DNA of 64,000 nt, taken from assembly GCF_009914755.1 (NCBI RefSeq), contig NC_060936.1, one strand, 5' to 3'. Position numbers and translations under genes: made by a program. The notes below the pieces were generated by a model. It saw only the letters and a list, made by a program, of their open reading frames with translations. It was not told the DNA's origin and searched no databases. Of this stretch, positions 17,200 through 31,392 are shown piece by piece; the stretch's first letter is position 1; each line of letters opens with the position of its first letter. The DNA comes from the human T2T-CHM13v2.0 reference genome, Homo sapiens.

Positions 17200-19805
17200 C
17201 ATACCTGAGCTAAAGGTATGCCAAAGGGGAGGACGAAGAAAATTTTGATTCCTTTATTCCTCTTCCTCATCTTCTTGTGTGTCATGATGACATTGATGGC
17301 TTCTATGGCCCCTTCATGTGCGTAGGGTGGAAGGCACCAGGGAAAAGACTGGCCCATGAATGAGTAGCCCACAGGCCTAACTCAGTACTCCTGAGTCTAA
17401 GCTACGCCAGGGGTTCAGAAGGGTTAATCCATGGGTTCAACTGCCCAGAAAGCTGGACTCTTTTCCAGTGGTTAACTGTGTATTGAAAACAGCAGTCATG
17501 TTGTTATAATAAAGGCAAACAAGGTTAATGGAATAGTCTATGGATAGCTGTCACTTCTTCTCTTCAAATATCGGACACTGACAATACGCTGGGCCTTGGA
17601 ATAAAGCAGAGAATAGGACAGGCAAGATCCTAGTAGAAAGCAAACTCACAATAAACTTGTAAGTAAATCAATAAACAAAATAATATTATTTTTATACCTT
17701 ATTTGGACCTACAGATGCCCAAGGTAGTGATACATGCTATGAAGGCAACAAAATAGGGTGATGCCCTATAGCCTGGAGTGATGGGCTGCTCTAAGTGGTA
17801 TAGTCAGGAAAGGCCCCTGAGGAGTCCACAATTGAGCACAGCCTGAAAGACAAGAAGCCAGAGAGAACATTCCGGGAGGAGACAATAACAAGTGCAACGG
17901 CCCAAAGTCTGGAATGGACTCAGAAGGACCTTGTCTTCTACTCATTTTTATTTAGGGGTGGACAACTGCTTTCCCATTAACCAGCTGTGCAGCCTTGAAC
18001 AGCTCACTCAAGTTCAGTTGGTAAAAGTAGATTATCAGGCTGGGAATTCTAGGACATTTACTCAAATTAAACATTTGAGTCCACAAAAATGCTACTGTTG
18101 TCCACGTCAGGAAGTGGTGACTTAATGGTACTCACTTGGTACACGGCTCAACAAGTCCTTTTAAGGTGGTCCTGGGCATGGTCCCCTTCACTGCAGGTTA
18201 TTATAAAGGTCATAATTCAATGACAACTTTAAGGCATTTAGAAGGTGACCTGAAGACAAATACAGACAAGCACTCACTACTGGGTCCTGGAGACAATAAT
18301 GACCTTTTCAGTGATAACTTGCAGCTTCTTCTAGAGGTGACCATGGGCCCCTTACTCTTCAAAGGCTTTGCTTAAGGTGAAGGGGAAATTTCTTCACCCC
18401 TGTAATGTTTATTCCAAAAAGCAGAGCCCAAATGAGGACTTGTGTGAAGGCAGTTTATGTGAGACATGATGAGGGAGTGGAGGCGAGGGAGTGGGCGATG
18501 CAACAGGGAAGGAGGGAAAACCAAAGAGGTCAGTTGTCAAGATCCCTGGTGTGGGGGAGGCCAGCTTGATGCCACTGGGAGCAGCACAGAGAACTGTCAG
18601 CAGAGGGGTCAGGGACTGGAGCATATATTAATATTAACTGCCCCTCGGCTCCCGTTGGTTGAGCGTCACCCCAGGGGGCATTAATTCCCCGCACTTCTGG
18701 ACTGTTTTTGAGCTCAGGCCAAGCTGTCTCCTGTGGGATTAGAGAAGTTCTGGGCAGAAAGCATAGGAACGTGCGGCATGCTCTTGAAATGACAGGTGGT
18801 CAGCCTGCAGTCATCATCTGAGCTCGTGTATGATCAGCTGCCACAGGTATGGCCGAGATCAGAGACGGGCTGAAGGGATGTGACAGCTCCACCAGAAAAA
18901 GAAGAAAAGAAACTTGGACAGAATGGAATCAGAGAGATGGGGGTTGGAATCACCTCCCTGAAGTCCTTTAATTTATTCTGTTGCCAGACATCCCTGACAA
19001 ATCCAGACGGAAATCTAGCCCGTCGGTAACTGAATCCACGTAGAGGCCTGGGGGTGGAAGGACACAGTTACCACACAGAGATTCGTCTCCTTTCCTCTGG
19101 GAGATCCTGCAAGCCAGGAAGCTTGGTCAAAGATTAATTTAGTGGATTAAAAAAGGCGTCTCTGATGAATGAATAAGGCAAAGTTTTATGCAATTAGTGC
19201 ATAATAAAAAGTAATAATGACAAAGTCCACAGCTCCCCACCATCTGACATAGTGAATAAAACAGGAGATGGTATATTAACTAAAGTCTATATTTACTTTT
19301 AGCAAATTATGTTTTTAAAACTCAAAAATTACAAAAATTTAGAGACTAAAGAGACAAAGCATTCCAACAATAAGAGAAGAAGCAAGAGAAAATACAGTCT
19401 TATCCTCCCACACCCAATGTTCCTGGGCACAGTGATTCCTGATTCACTTAGCACAGTGACACTGGGAATGGAAATAAGGAATAAAATAGCGGGAAATGAA
19501 ATCTCAGAGGCAAGTGAGATTCTCTGAACTTCAGTTTTTACCCACATAAAATGAGGATAATAATGTCACACTTCACAGGTTGTTGGGAGGAAGGAATGGG
19601 CTGTGTGGGAAAGCGCTCTGTAAGCTGCAAGGCATCCTAAAATGTTACAATTAATCCAGAGTTTGAAATGTAGTTGTCATATTTTAAATTGTTGAAATGA
19701 TAAACACCATTCCACTCATTAAAAGAAGGAAGTACTGTTTATCTCAACATTGTGGAGTGCAAAGAACTTTCAAGGGGCCAGAGAGAATCAACAATACGTA
19801 AATAA

Positions 19806-20114
19806 GGCTGGGCGCGGGGGCTCATGCCTGTAATCCCAGCACATTGGAAGGCCAAGGCAGGCGGATCACCAGAGGTCAGGAGTTTGAGACCAGACTGGCT
19901 AACGTGGTGAAACCTCGTCTCTACTAAATATACAAAATTAGCTGGGCGTGGTGGCACGTGCCTGTAATCCCAGCTACTCGGGAGGCTGAGGCAGGAGAAT
20001 CGCTTGAACCCAGGAGGCGGAGGTTACAATGAGATGGGCGACAGAGTGAGCCTCAGTCTCCAAAAAAAAAACCAAACAAACAAAACAAGAAAAAAACACC
20101 AAAAAACAAAAACA
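19806..20114 (+). mobile_element. AluS with short right-arm deletion
   Basis: TSD aacaata(c/t)gtaaataa; gagatgggcgacagag junction. Confidence 0.92.
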
Positions 20115-20371
20115 AACAATATGTAAATAAATTTCTGGTTACCTCACCTTTGCATTATTACATTGCTAACAACAGCTTTGGAATCCACGTCTTGTATTGC
20201 TTTTATTATTGTATCTAACAGTCTTTCCGGAGCCCCATTCTGATTGAGGCCTAGCAAGTGTCAGGAGGTAGATCCTATACAATCCCATTCACTTATCTTT
20301 CATTTCCTTTGGCTATTTCTCATTGCCTTATGCTTCACTTAGCTGTGTATGCCCATTTTCTTAGGGTGCGC

Positions 20372-20502
20372 TTTATTTCTTTATTTTTATTTTTATAGAG
20401 AAAGGGCCTTGCTCTGTCACCCAGGCTGGAGTGCAGTGGCACAATCAGAGCTCACTGCAGCCTTGAACTACTGGGCCCAAGCAATCCTCCCTCCTCAGCC
20501 TC
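20372..20502 (-). mobile_element. 5'-truncated AluJ (right-arm piece)
   Basis: Partial antisense Alu flanked by gctttattt repeats. Confidence 0.8.
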
Positions 20503-21842
20503 TTCATGCTTTATTTGTATCAGAATACACTCACTTTGAAATCTGCTTCTTCCCTATGACTTATGCTTAAATTGAACGAATCTTCCAGATGTTACAGAGT
20601 CAGTCAGATGTTTTAAAATGCAATTAAAGGTTTTGAGATGCAGTTTGTAGAATATTTCTGACATTTGATTTCAGGTATTTTTCCATCTCACTGAGTTCAA
20701 CTCAAGTGAACGTAGTTCTGACTTCTTGGGTGAATTAAAGTTCAAAGTTTCCAAAAGATAGAGAGATACCATTGTCTCAGATAAAATGAAGCTTTGTTTC
20801 AGCATACTTGAAATATTTTGTCACTGCTATTTCTTCTCCACAGCTCTTCCATAGCTGTAAGCAGTCTCTAAGGCATTTAATTTACTGTTACTTTGGTTTT
20901 TTCTTTCTCAAGGAATCTCAGTTCTGGTTCTCTTGATAGTGGAGTAAAGAAATGGGAGAAGGAAAGAAATATTGAATGAGCCTCTTCTTATTACAAAATA
21001 GATTACTGATTCTTTCAGCAGGGGCTTGCAGAGTTTGGAAAAGGTGTGCAATGAGTCAGAGAGTTGGCCAGCTGGTAGGCGATTCCACTGCAGTCTAGGC
21101 CTTAGCTCTCAACCCTGCAGGCTAAGAAACAGATTCTTAGGGATGCCAAGTTAAAAAAGATTGACTATAAAATCATATTGCAAATATATTAACTTACAAC
21201 AATAAAAATAATTGTAATGATAACAGCTAGTATTTCTTGAGTGCTTTATAGAAATTAATGTGTCAGATATCAAGCTAAGTACATTTTAGATTTGTTAACA
21301 GATTTCCTGGGTTGGTTCCAATCTCTGCCATCTACTACCCTGTGGTCTTGGACAAATTCCTTAACTTTGCACAAGTTACTTGCCTTATTTAAATAAGGTG
21401 ATAAGAAGAATGCCTGGCACATCACAAGTACTCTATTTGCCACTAAAATTCACTCTCACAACACACCTATAAGGTAGGTACCATTACTGTTCCCCTTTTA
21501 TGGTGAGAAAAGGAATATTTAGTGATGTTAAATAATCTGCTAAACATTCCATAATTAGTAAGTAGGCAACTGAAATATAATCAGGACAAGGAAACAAAAT
21601 CCAATGTTTAAGTCTCCAGGCTTAGAGAATACTTCTATTAACCTTGTCAACTGGGAAGGTCTTTCAATAAGATTATCTACCTTTAAAGTCTGCTGACCAT
21701 GTCTGTTCTGAAGGATAGTTCTCAGAAAAAAAACATTGCCAACATTTACTCTAGGACCTCCCTTTTTTCATGCCTTCATAGCTGATGCCCCACTCAGCGT
21801 GAGAGGTACAACATTCACAGTGCTCCCAAATACTCTGCCGAA

Positions 21843-22412
21843 CAGTGCCATCAGATAGAACTTTCTGTGACGAAGGAAATGTTCTAGCTCTACTTCGTCC
21901 AATACAGTAGCCACTATTCGCATGTGGTTATTGAACACTTAAAATGTGACTGGTGTGACTGAGGAACTGACTCTAATTTAATTTAAATCAATTTAATTTA
22001 AATAGCCTGATATGGTTGGGCTCTGTGTCCCCACCCAAATCTCATCTCAAATTATAATCCCCACATGTTGAGGGAGAGACTTGGTGACAGGTGATTGGAT
22101 CATGGGGGTGGTTTCCCCATGCTGTTCTCATGATAGTGAGTGAGTTCTCATGAGATCTTGTTGTTTGATAAGTATCTGGTGCTTCTCCCTTCCTACTCTC
22201 TCTCCTGCTGCCTTTTGAGGACATGCTTTGCTGCCCTTTCACCTTCTACCACGATTATAAGTTTCCTGAGACTTCCCCAGCCATGCAGAACTGTGAGTCA
22301 ATTAAACCTTTTTTCTTCATAAATTGCCCAGTCTTGGATAGTTCTTCATAGCAGTGTGAAAAGAGACTAATAAATAGCCATACATAGCTAGTGGCTACTG
22401 TTTTAGACAGCA
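21843..22412. mobile_element. MER3-like MITE split by an MST-type MaLR solo LTR (22008-22374)
   Basis: LTR tgatatggttggg...gactaataaa with 5-bp TSD tagcc; MER3 sequence resumes afterwards. Confidence 0.85.
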
Positions 22413-23705
22413 GAGATATTCAGGAAAAAATATTTTTTTAGGGAAAAAATAATATGAGACAGTTGATCATCTCTAAGAGAAATTCAAAGGGATCCAATCA
22501 GTCTTGTTATGAGAACATTCTGTGTGAATTTCACTCAGCAACAAGGGTTTCCTGGGTCAGCTAAATAATCCTGCTCATTTCTTATCTAGTATAGATGTTT
22601 CTGAGGGCAACCGACAGGTCCATTTATTTTGGCCAGTGAAAAACTTAGTGGAGAATTCTTGAAATGGAAAATTCTGAATCATTCGTCTAGCTTCATATCC
22701 TTTGGGTAGCTTTTTCACCTATGACCCTCTCAGGGAAAGGATAGCTCTGGGATTGTGAGGAAGGGAGAACGAGGTCAGAAGTAAACTGAGGACTGAAAAT
22801 GGCTTTGCAGATGGTGACCCCGATCAAGCAATTCAAACTGAAATATACCCATAGACCACCACTCTTTTCCTCTTTCTTGGCAATTAGGGCAAGTGTACCT
22901 TAGTTTTTCCACCACGGGATTTTGAGTCAGAAGACCTGGGTTAAAGTCCCAGCTTCATTCCTTACTAATGGGATGACTATAGACAAATCACTGAAACTCA
23001 CTGAGTTTAAAAATAGGCTTAAAGATAGTGGAAGTTAGAAATAATACCTCCCTCCAAGGGTGCAAGTGAAGATCTGATGAGATAATGCATATGGAACCGC
23101 TTTGGAAACTTGTGAAGGCTATAGAAATGTCTTAGCAATGATTATTCCACTTGTATAGCTCACCTTTGCCTTTCAAAATTGCTTTCATATTTACTATCTC
23201 ATTTTATCTTCAGAACAGGCCTAAATAGGGCATGAATTATTATCTATGTTTTACCATCTATTGATGTGGACAAATGGGGCCCACAGAAGCTGAGAGACTC
23301 ATCTAAGGTTACACAGTGCATCTCGCTACATTATGCCTGGGCTCCACCCTGGATCAACTGAGTCCCCTTCTAAAGCCCTCATTTCTAAAAAACAACCAAT
23401 AGACTTAAGCTTGATGTACAAAAGTTATGCTGAAGGATAAAATATAGAATTATTCCTATTCAATAAGCAACCCAAGGTACAACATGAGTCCAAAGCTGAG
23501 CAATCATAACATCAATGTAGTGATGATGGGTAGCCACCTGTTGTGCTAAGCATTTTATAAATACTATTTTAGTTAATAATCACGTATAATTCTTTGAGGT
23601 TGTATAGTTATCAACCCCATTTTACAACCAAGGAAATAAAGGCAGAAAATGGTTCAGGAATTTGTCCATTGTCCACAGAGCTAATAAGTGCCAAGACAGC
23701 CTGGA

Positions 23706-24080
23706 TGTATTAGTTTGCTGGGTCTGCTGTAACAAAGTAACATAGACTGGGTAGCTTAAACCACAGAAATTATCCCATAGTTCTGGAGGCTGGAAGTCCA
23801 AAATCAAGGTGTCAGCAGGGTTAGCTCTTCCTGAAGGCTGTGGGTGGAGGATGTGCTCCAGGGCTCTCTCCTTGGCCCACAGATGGCCATCTCCGTCTCC
23901 TCTCTGTGTGTTCACATCAACTTCCCTCTCTGTGTTTCTGTCTCTGTAACCAAATTTCCAGTTTTTATAAGGATACAAGTCATATTGGATCTTCATTTTA
24001 ATTTGATTTTCTCTGTAATGACCCTATCAACAATTAAGGTCACATTCTGAGGTACTGGGGTTTAAGGCTTCAACATATAT
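23706..24080. mobile_element. MLT1-type MaLR solo LTR
   Basis: tgtattagtttgctggg...cacattctgaggtactgggg. Confidence 0.8.
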
Positions 24081-24221
24081 ACATCCTCATCTTACAATGG
24101 TTCAACCTACTATGTTTAGACTTTACAATGGTGTGAAATAGACACTTTTAGCATAGTTTTCAATAAATTGCATGAGATATTCAGTTCTTTATTACAAAAA
24201 AGGCTTTGTGCTAGATGATTT

Positions 24222-24469
24222 TGTCTTACATGGTGGTAGGCATGTCTTACATGGTGGTAGGGAAGACAGAATGAGAGCCAAGCAAAAGGGGAAACCCCTT
24301 ATAAAACCATCAGATCTTGTGAGACTTACTCACTACCACGAGAACAGTGTGGGGGAAACCAACCCCATGATTCAATTATCTCCTACAGGATCCGTCCCAC
24401 AACACGTGGGGATTATGGGAGCTACAATTCAAGATGAGATTTGGGTTGGGACACAGCCAAACCATATCA
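24222..24469 (-). mobile_element. Truncated THE1-type LTR abutting a Tigger-family fragment (~24083-24221)
   Basis: aaaccatcagatcttgtgagactta...gacacagccaaaccatatca. Confidence 0.85.
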
Positions 24470-24720
24470 AGCATTATGCTTTAAATTCTTCCATTTTAAA
24501 TCATACCATTCCATTTTAAATCATACCATTCTGCCACCTTTTGATGGGGACAAATGTCAGGACCCGGAGCATGGCACTTGACCTCCAAGTCCAGTTTTAG
24601 AGCCAGTGAACAGAAACCCACCCTCTAAAAGTTCTTAAACTGGAAAAGTACTCCCCCAAAATGTTTATCTAAGAGACTGGTTTCCAGCTTACTAGGCAAT
24701 TTGGCATTAAGAACTTTCCT

Positions 24721-24836
24721 CATAAACATTTACAAATATTCTGCTCCGTAATGAAGTTAATCAGTAAACCACACAACCTCTGTCCTCTCTCACTCCTTAC
24801 CTAGTCTCATTTTCAGTGGCTGTGAATAAGCTAAGA
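24721..24836 (+). promoter_or_regulatory. NR1H4: Proximal region of the internal (alpha3/alpha4) NR1H4 promoter/5'UTR with HNF1-like and forkhead-like motifs
   Basis: GTTAATCAGTAAA at 24756-24768 (2 mismatches to HNF1 GTTAATNATTAAC); ATAAACA and ACAAATA at 24722-24738; directly upstream of the alternative first coding exon. Confidence 0.6.
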
Positions 24837-24945
24837 ATGGTAATGCAGTTTCAGGGGTTAGAAAATCCAATTCAAATTAGTCCTCACTGCAGCTGTACGC
24901 CGTCAGGATTTTTCATGGAAATGATGAGTATGAAGCCCGCGAAAG
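24837..24945 (+). CDS. NR1H4: NR1H4 alternative first coding exon (alpha3/alpha4): MVMQFQGLENPIQISPHCSCTPSGFFMEMMSMKPAK-G
   Basis: Within ORF 24816-25052; 36 codons +1 nt then donor AAAG|gtagga; phase 1 matches the acceptor at 32231. Confidence 0.95.
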
Positions 24946-26772
24946 GTAGGACACTGTTCACAGGTGCTTTCAGGTCGAGCTCTTGCAACTGGACTGAGGA
25001 AATCTGGGGACTTTGGTTGGAGATGACAGTAACAGATGTCTGTCAAAGATAGTGGCTCAGTCAGACCCAGAAGACTGGAATGAGAGTTTGGGTTGGGGTG
25101 ATTTTTATAGGGTTCTAAACAGACGAATATCTTATGGGGATGAAATCCAAGGATGTTTCCCCTAATATTCTTCATAGACTCTTATGTCAAATTATCACTA
25201 TTCTTCCAAACCAAACATTAGACAATTCTAATATTAATATCAATGGACACTTGAAAAAACATTTTAACAGACATTATTTAATGCAGTGCTCCTAAAATGG
25301 CAAGTCTCAGTTCCCAGGGGATCACAAAATTTATTTAGTGTCTCGTGACCAGCATTAAAAACTGGATTAGAATATAATAGAATAGAAATATTAGTGTCCC
25401 TCAAGGAGTAAAGACAAGTGGTATTTCATGAAATTTTGTTTCAGTTACATGTGTATAAGTATGTACGAGGGATATGAGATAAAATGTATCTAAAACCGTA
25501 GGTTGTGGTAAAAAAAAAAATGAAAAGAGTTTGGGAAACACGAATTAATGAAGTAGTTTCACAGCAGGTTTCTCCCAATAGTCCATGAAAAATCAGATAA
25601 GCACAGAGTTGAGCTTTAGGCCCAGGCTCTTGGTTTTCTCTGAATTAAAACATCGATTATAATTAAAACACAGTATAATGTAAATCATATTTTAATATTT
25701 TTTAAAACAGAAATTCATCTTTTAAATTTCCAGCAAGAAAAAACTCGAGTCATTTTTATAATAATGATAATTGTGAACATGTTTTTGGTCATAGACTTGG
25801 TAGCATACCATTTTGTTTAAATGCGATGTTTAAAAGTGACCGACACTGTATTTAGAAATGGAAATGAGTTGGAAGGCCGGGGAAGCAAATTTTCTATTTA
25901 CTTCAATTTAACCAACATTTAATAAACATTTACTATGTGTCAGCCATTGAGTTAGATGCCAGGAATATAAAGAAAAGAATATAGTCTAATATTTTCCCTC
26001 AAAGAGTTCACAGACTAATCACAACAATCACAAAAGTATACATGTGTATGTGGTGTCAGGCACTATGCAGTTTCCATTCTTTGTCTTAGTTCATCTTTAT
26101 TACAGCCTCTCATGCAGGCACTACATTCTTTCAGCTTTGTAAAGGAAGGAACAGAAGCTTAAAGAAGTTCCATGTCTTTCCCAGGTTCATATACCTAACA
26201 AGTTGTGGGTGAAATGAATCCAGATTTGTCTGCTCAGAGGGCACTCTTAGGTAGTATCTCATACCATCTCAAGTTCAGCGTGGAAGATAAGCCTGTAAAC
26301 AAAAGAAATGATTGTATGTGCTTCCAATAAGTGCCATAATAGAAGTGTGTACAGAGGTAGGAGAGGTGAATTCCACCTGGGGGAACTGGGGCAGACCTCC
26401 CAGAGTAGGTGACCAGAAGTAGGTGATCAGCTGACAAGGCAGGGAGAGGCACTGACATCACAAAGGCCTGATGCCAGGAACAGCAAACAACTTTGCAGTA
26501 AAGCCCTGCCATTTAGTGAAGAAACCATGGATTAAGAAATAAAGGAAGGCAAAAAAAAAAAGTGACTTTTCTAGGCACTGCAATTCAACAGACATTCATT
26601 AAACATTTACTATGGTCAGCATTGTGCCAGGAATGAAAAACTGGATATAAACTGGACCCTTTCTTAGGAGCATCAGAAACTCACTGTGAGATTATGGGGG
26701 AGTGCCATTGTTTTTATGCAAACCTGATTTCCCATTTGGGGGTACAGTGGTTCTGGTCCCAAACTCCTTAGA

Positions 26773-26960
26773 GCTGCACTGGCTAATATGCCACATGTGG
26801 CTATTCAACTTTAACTTAGAATTAAATAAAATTTAACAGTCAGACTCTAAGTATCACTAGCCACATTCCAAGGGTTCAATATCCCTATGTGGTTAGTGGC
26901 TACCATATTGGTAGGTACAGAACCCTTCTATCACCTCAGAAAGCTCCCTCAGATGGCACT
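26773..26960. mobile_element. MER3-like MITE
   Basis: gccacatgtggctatt...tagtggctaccatattgg. Confidence 0.7.
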
Positions 26961-27448
26961 CCTTTAGAGAAGGTGTTGAAACCTGGAGACTGTCTAACCA
27001 GAAGAATTTTACTTTCTTTTCAGGGCTTCTCAGACTCCCCTGGAGTCCATCCATGTGTTCTCATTTAAGAACTCGTCCCTAAACTTCCATGGAGAACCGT
27101 CACAAAGGAATCCTAATTCTCATACTCTTTGATAGGCTAATTCCAAAATAAAGATTCCTAAATCTAAATTTTAATATGTATTTTCCCTTTTAAATTGTAT
27201 CAAAATAGAAATAAATTTACCTTTTCAGAAAGCATACTCTAAATTAAAGTCGAACTACCTCTACTCCCTCCACATCTTATTTTCTGCCAATGTTGTATTT
27301 GTTTACTTGTTTACTTATTTTTGTCCTAACCCTTGACATCCCCACTTCCCAAAACACACAAACAAGAGAAAGGCTGGGCCTTCGTATGTGTCTTTTCACT
27401 TTCATATGTTCAGACCCTAACACAGTGACTGCTAAATAGCAAGTGTTT

Positions 27449-27452
<4 letters not shown>

Positions 27453-27508
<56 letters not shown>
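27453..27508 (+). repeat. (CA)21(GA)7 compound microsatellite
   Basis: Direct reading. Confidence 0.97.
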
Positions 27509-27924
27509 ACATGAGCATATGTTTATAAATAATAATTTGTAATGAAAGAACTATCCTAATACTTATATCATCAAGACAGACTGTGTTAATAATTACTTAT
27601 TAACTATCAATTAACTATGATTAAAATCAGGATTTTGCTAGGTTCTTTAGGAAACATGTCTTTTAATGACACTCAACTTACCGAAACTGCTTCTCAGCAA
27701 CCGTATTTTACACTCAGAACTACCTTCTGAGATAGCAACAGTCCCATTTTTATAGGAGAGATTGAAATAGGAAAAGCTTAGCCAGTTAAGATCTCATGGT
27801 CAGTTAACTGTGGAAGTTGTTCTAGTCCAACCATTTTGGAATATTTGGCCATGCTGGTTCTTTGGTTGTAAAGTTCCTTTGTAATTACTTCTCTATTTGT
27901 GGAGATTTAGGAGACACACTATGA

Positions 27925-28258
<334 letters not shown>

Positions 28259-28836
28259 AAGAATAGAAGTATTATTTAATATTATTGTGTACGGTTCTCA
28301 TATTTTTACTGATGTTCTACTGTTTTAGCATGATATTATCTATATCTTTGTGAAAGCTTTCCATTTTGATCTAGATTATTCCAGAGACTGAAAGACAGGG
28401 ATATTATTATCTGACTTGACTTGGGACTCCTTTGTATTTCTTGATTATGAAAATAATTGTTTTGTTGAAATAATGCTTAAAGATTTTAGAATTGTCATAT
28501 GAGGAGAAAAAAAGTACACATCTCCTTGGATGCTACAGAATCCAGATTCTATCGGTTTTTGATCTTGGGCAAATTACTTAACCTTACTAGACCTGTGGCA
28601 GAGAGAAATTGGGCTAAGGGAGGAAGGGGAGTTAAGGGAATAAGATAGGTTAGAGGATAAAATCTAAGTGTACGTGAAACTAATGCTTTTAATACTTTTT
28701 AGTTTTTTTCAATTCCATTCACTCCAGAAATTTTCATCGTATTTGGTGATGAAATAGATCAGGATTTTGCTTCTATTTTATCTTTTCTTTTTGTGTAATA
28801 ATTCCATATTTTTCTCCTTCCATTTTGCGGTCATAA

Positions 28837-29213
<377 letters not shown>

Positions 29214-31355
29214 TATGCTGTTTTTATATGGATAAGTCACACAGAAGGAAAGGAAATTGATTTTTGTACAGATACTGTATACCATGTGTTCTGTCAATCA
29301 TTTCCTGGGTTAATGCAGAAAGCATTATTTTCAACATGTAATATGTATATTCTGAAATTTGGCAGTGTAGAAAAGCCCTAAATTCTAATGTTCATAAACT
29401 ATTAGTCATATACTTATGGAGACTTTTAGATATAAAGAAGAACTAGAAGATTATCTAGGGTGGAGTCTTCTCTTTACAGATGAACAGAGGGAGGCCCAGG
29501 TAGGGTAAGTAATGGTTTTTAAATGGCATGTAACTAGATTCAGGAACATGACTGCCAGGGACCTAGAAACCTCTTCTGTTGGGAAGACTTCCCAAGAGAA
29601 GCAATACCCACAGGGAATTTAGAGGTAAGTGGACATTAGTGAGATGAAGCCCTGGAAGGGGTTGGCTGTGTTGAGAACCATTTCAGGCTCAGGAAGCAGC
29701 AGGTGGGAGAAGTCCTGAGTCTGGAAGCGGCAAGGCACATTCAAGAAACAGAGATGTCCGAACATGCAAAATGGCTGGAAAAGAAAGCAAGGGTAGAGTC
29801 ATGCAGAAGCTTGCAGGCCCAGTTATAGGTTATGTGCAAGCGGAGGCCGAGAAGGGGGTAACAAACACAAGTAGGAGGATGCAGAGAGGGGCTTTGAAGA
29901 TCATGTTTTTAAGTATCACACACCTGAAATTACCCCCAGAGAGCAGCAATTCAGTGCATGGGCTTTGAGATTAGACTCCTAGAGCTCAAGTCTCATCTAC
30001 TTAGGTAGGTAGGAGTAAAGTTGCTTAACTACTATGTGCCTCATGGTACTCATTTGTAAGTGGGGGTTAATAATGTTACCCACCTCATAGAGTTTTGTGA
30101 GGAATAAATGAGAACATACAAGTGCCTGCTACTACGAAGAACTCTATAAAAGTTTTCTGCAAAATGTGGTAATAGTAATCATAATAATTATAGTAATCGT
30201 TTCAACTATCTTTTGAGCACAGCAAAGAGCATTGCCAATTTGAAATCCCCAAAGCCCCAAAAAACCACGTTTTTCTAAAAGTTTGGCACACACTTTTTTG
30301 GTGACAGAACCTGACCTGAATGAATGTGAAACTATTTATGGTCTTTACTTATTGCACTTGCTGTGAATATTCATACGTTTCCCTGTGGAAAATATTGCTG
30401 TATTTGATTCTGGGTTCTGTTCCAGACTGTGCTGGGAGGGATATATAAATAGCACTGTATTCTGTTCTGAAATCCTGAAAATTCTGACTTCTAAAACACA
30501 TACGACTGCCAGGGTTTCAGATAAGGAACTGTGAATCTGTATCATCTCACTCAATCCTCAGACTAACTCTTGATATCGATATTATCATCCCAACCTTGCT
30601 GCCATGAAAACCAAGATTTATCAATAGTTTGAATAATTTGCTCAAAATCCCACTGTTCATAAGAGATGGAATTGGAATTTTGGTCTAGAATTGTCTGACA
30701 ACACTTTGAAGAGTCAGACACATTTGTAAACTTTCCTATCTCTTATTTATGTCTATTTTTTCAGCATTTGCATAATTTCAATTTTTTATTTTCTAAAGAG
30801 CCATAGTTGATGTTTCCAGGAAATAGAAGCATTTTCATAACCTGATGATTTTCTATTACCTAGAGGTTTTCTAAATAAGGGACTCCTTTAATAATGATGG
30901 TAGTAAGAATAATTGTTATTATTCCTATTTTAAGTCAGCTATAATTTATCGAGCACTTCTGTGTGCCAAACATTTAGCAAAGCACTTGGCACACATTATC
31001 TCATATAATCCTTACATCAACCCAATGAGGTAGGTGTTATTATTCTCTGTTTTATTAGAAGAAGACTGCAACTTAAAGACATTAAGGAATTGCCAGCTGC
31101 ACACAGATTGTAAGTAACAGAGCAGGAATTTGAATCCAGTAGATAGATTGCAGGCACTGTATTCTTTTTTTTAAAGCTCCTCCTTTGTTTTATAATGATT
31201 AAAATAACACATACATATACACATGGCAAAAACTACAAACAGTAAAAAAAATTATGCAATCTTCTATCCCAGAATATAATGTAAAAATATCACCTCTCAC
31301 AGTCACCACCACCTACTTTCTTCTGTATCATGCAGAAATTTGTCTTTGCACGTGG

Positions 31356-31360
31356 GCACG

Positions 31361-31392
<32 letters not shown>
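31356..31392 (+). repeat. Alternating purine-pyrimidine tract gcacgtgcgcg(CA)n
   Basis: Direct reading. Confidence 0.9.

Noticed and set aside
18001-18016. DR4-like AGCTCA-ctca-AGTTCA
   Set aside because: Imperfect half-site, compatible with chance. No convincing IR1 autoregulatory element was noticed by eye
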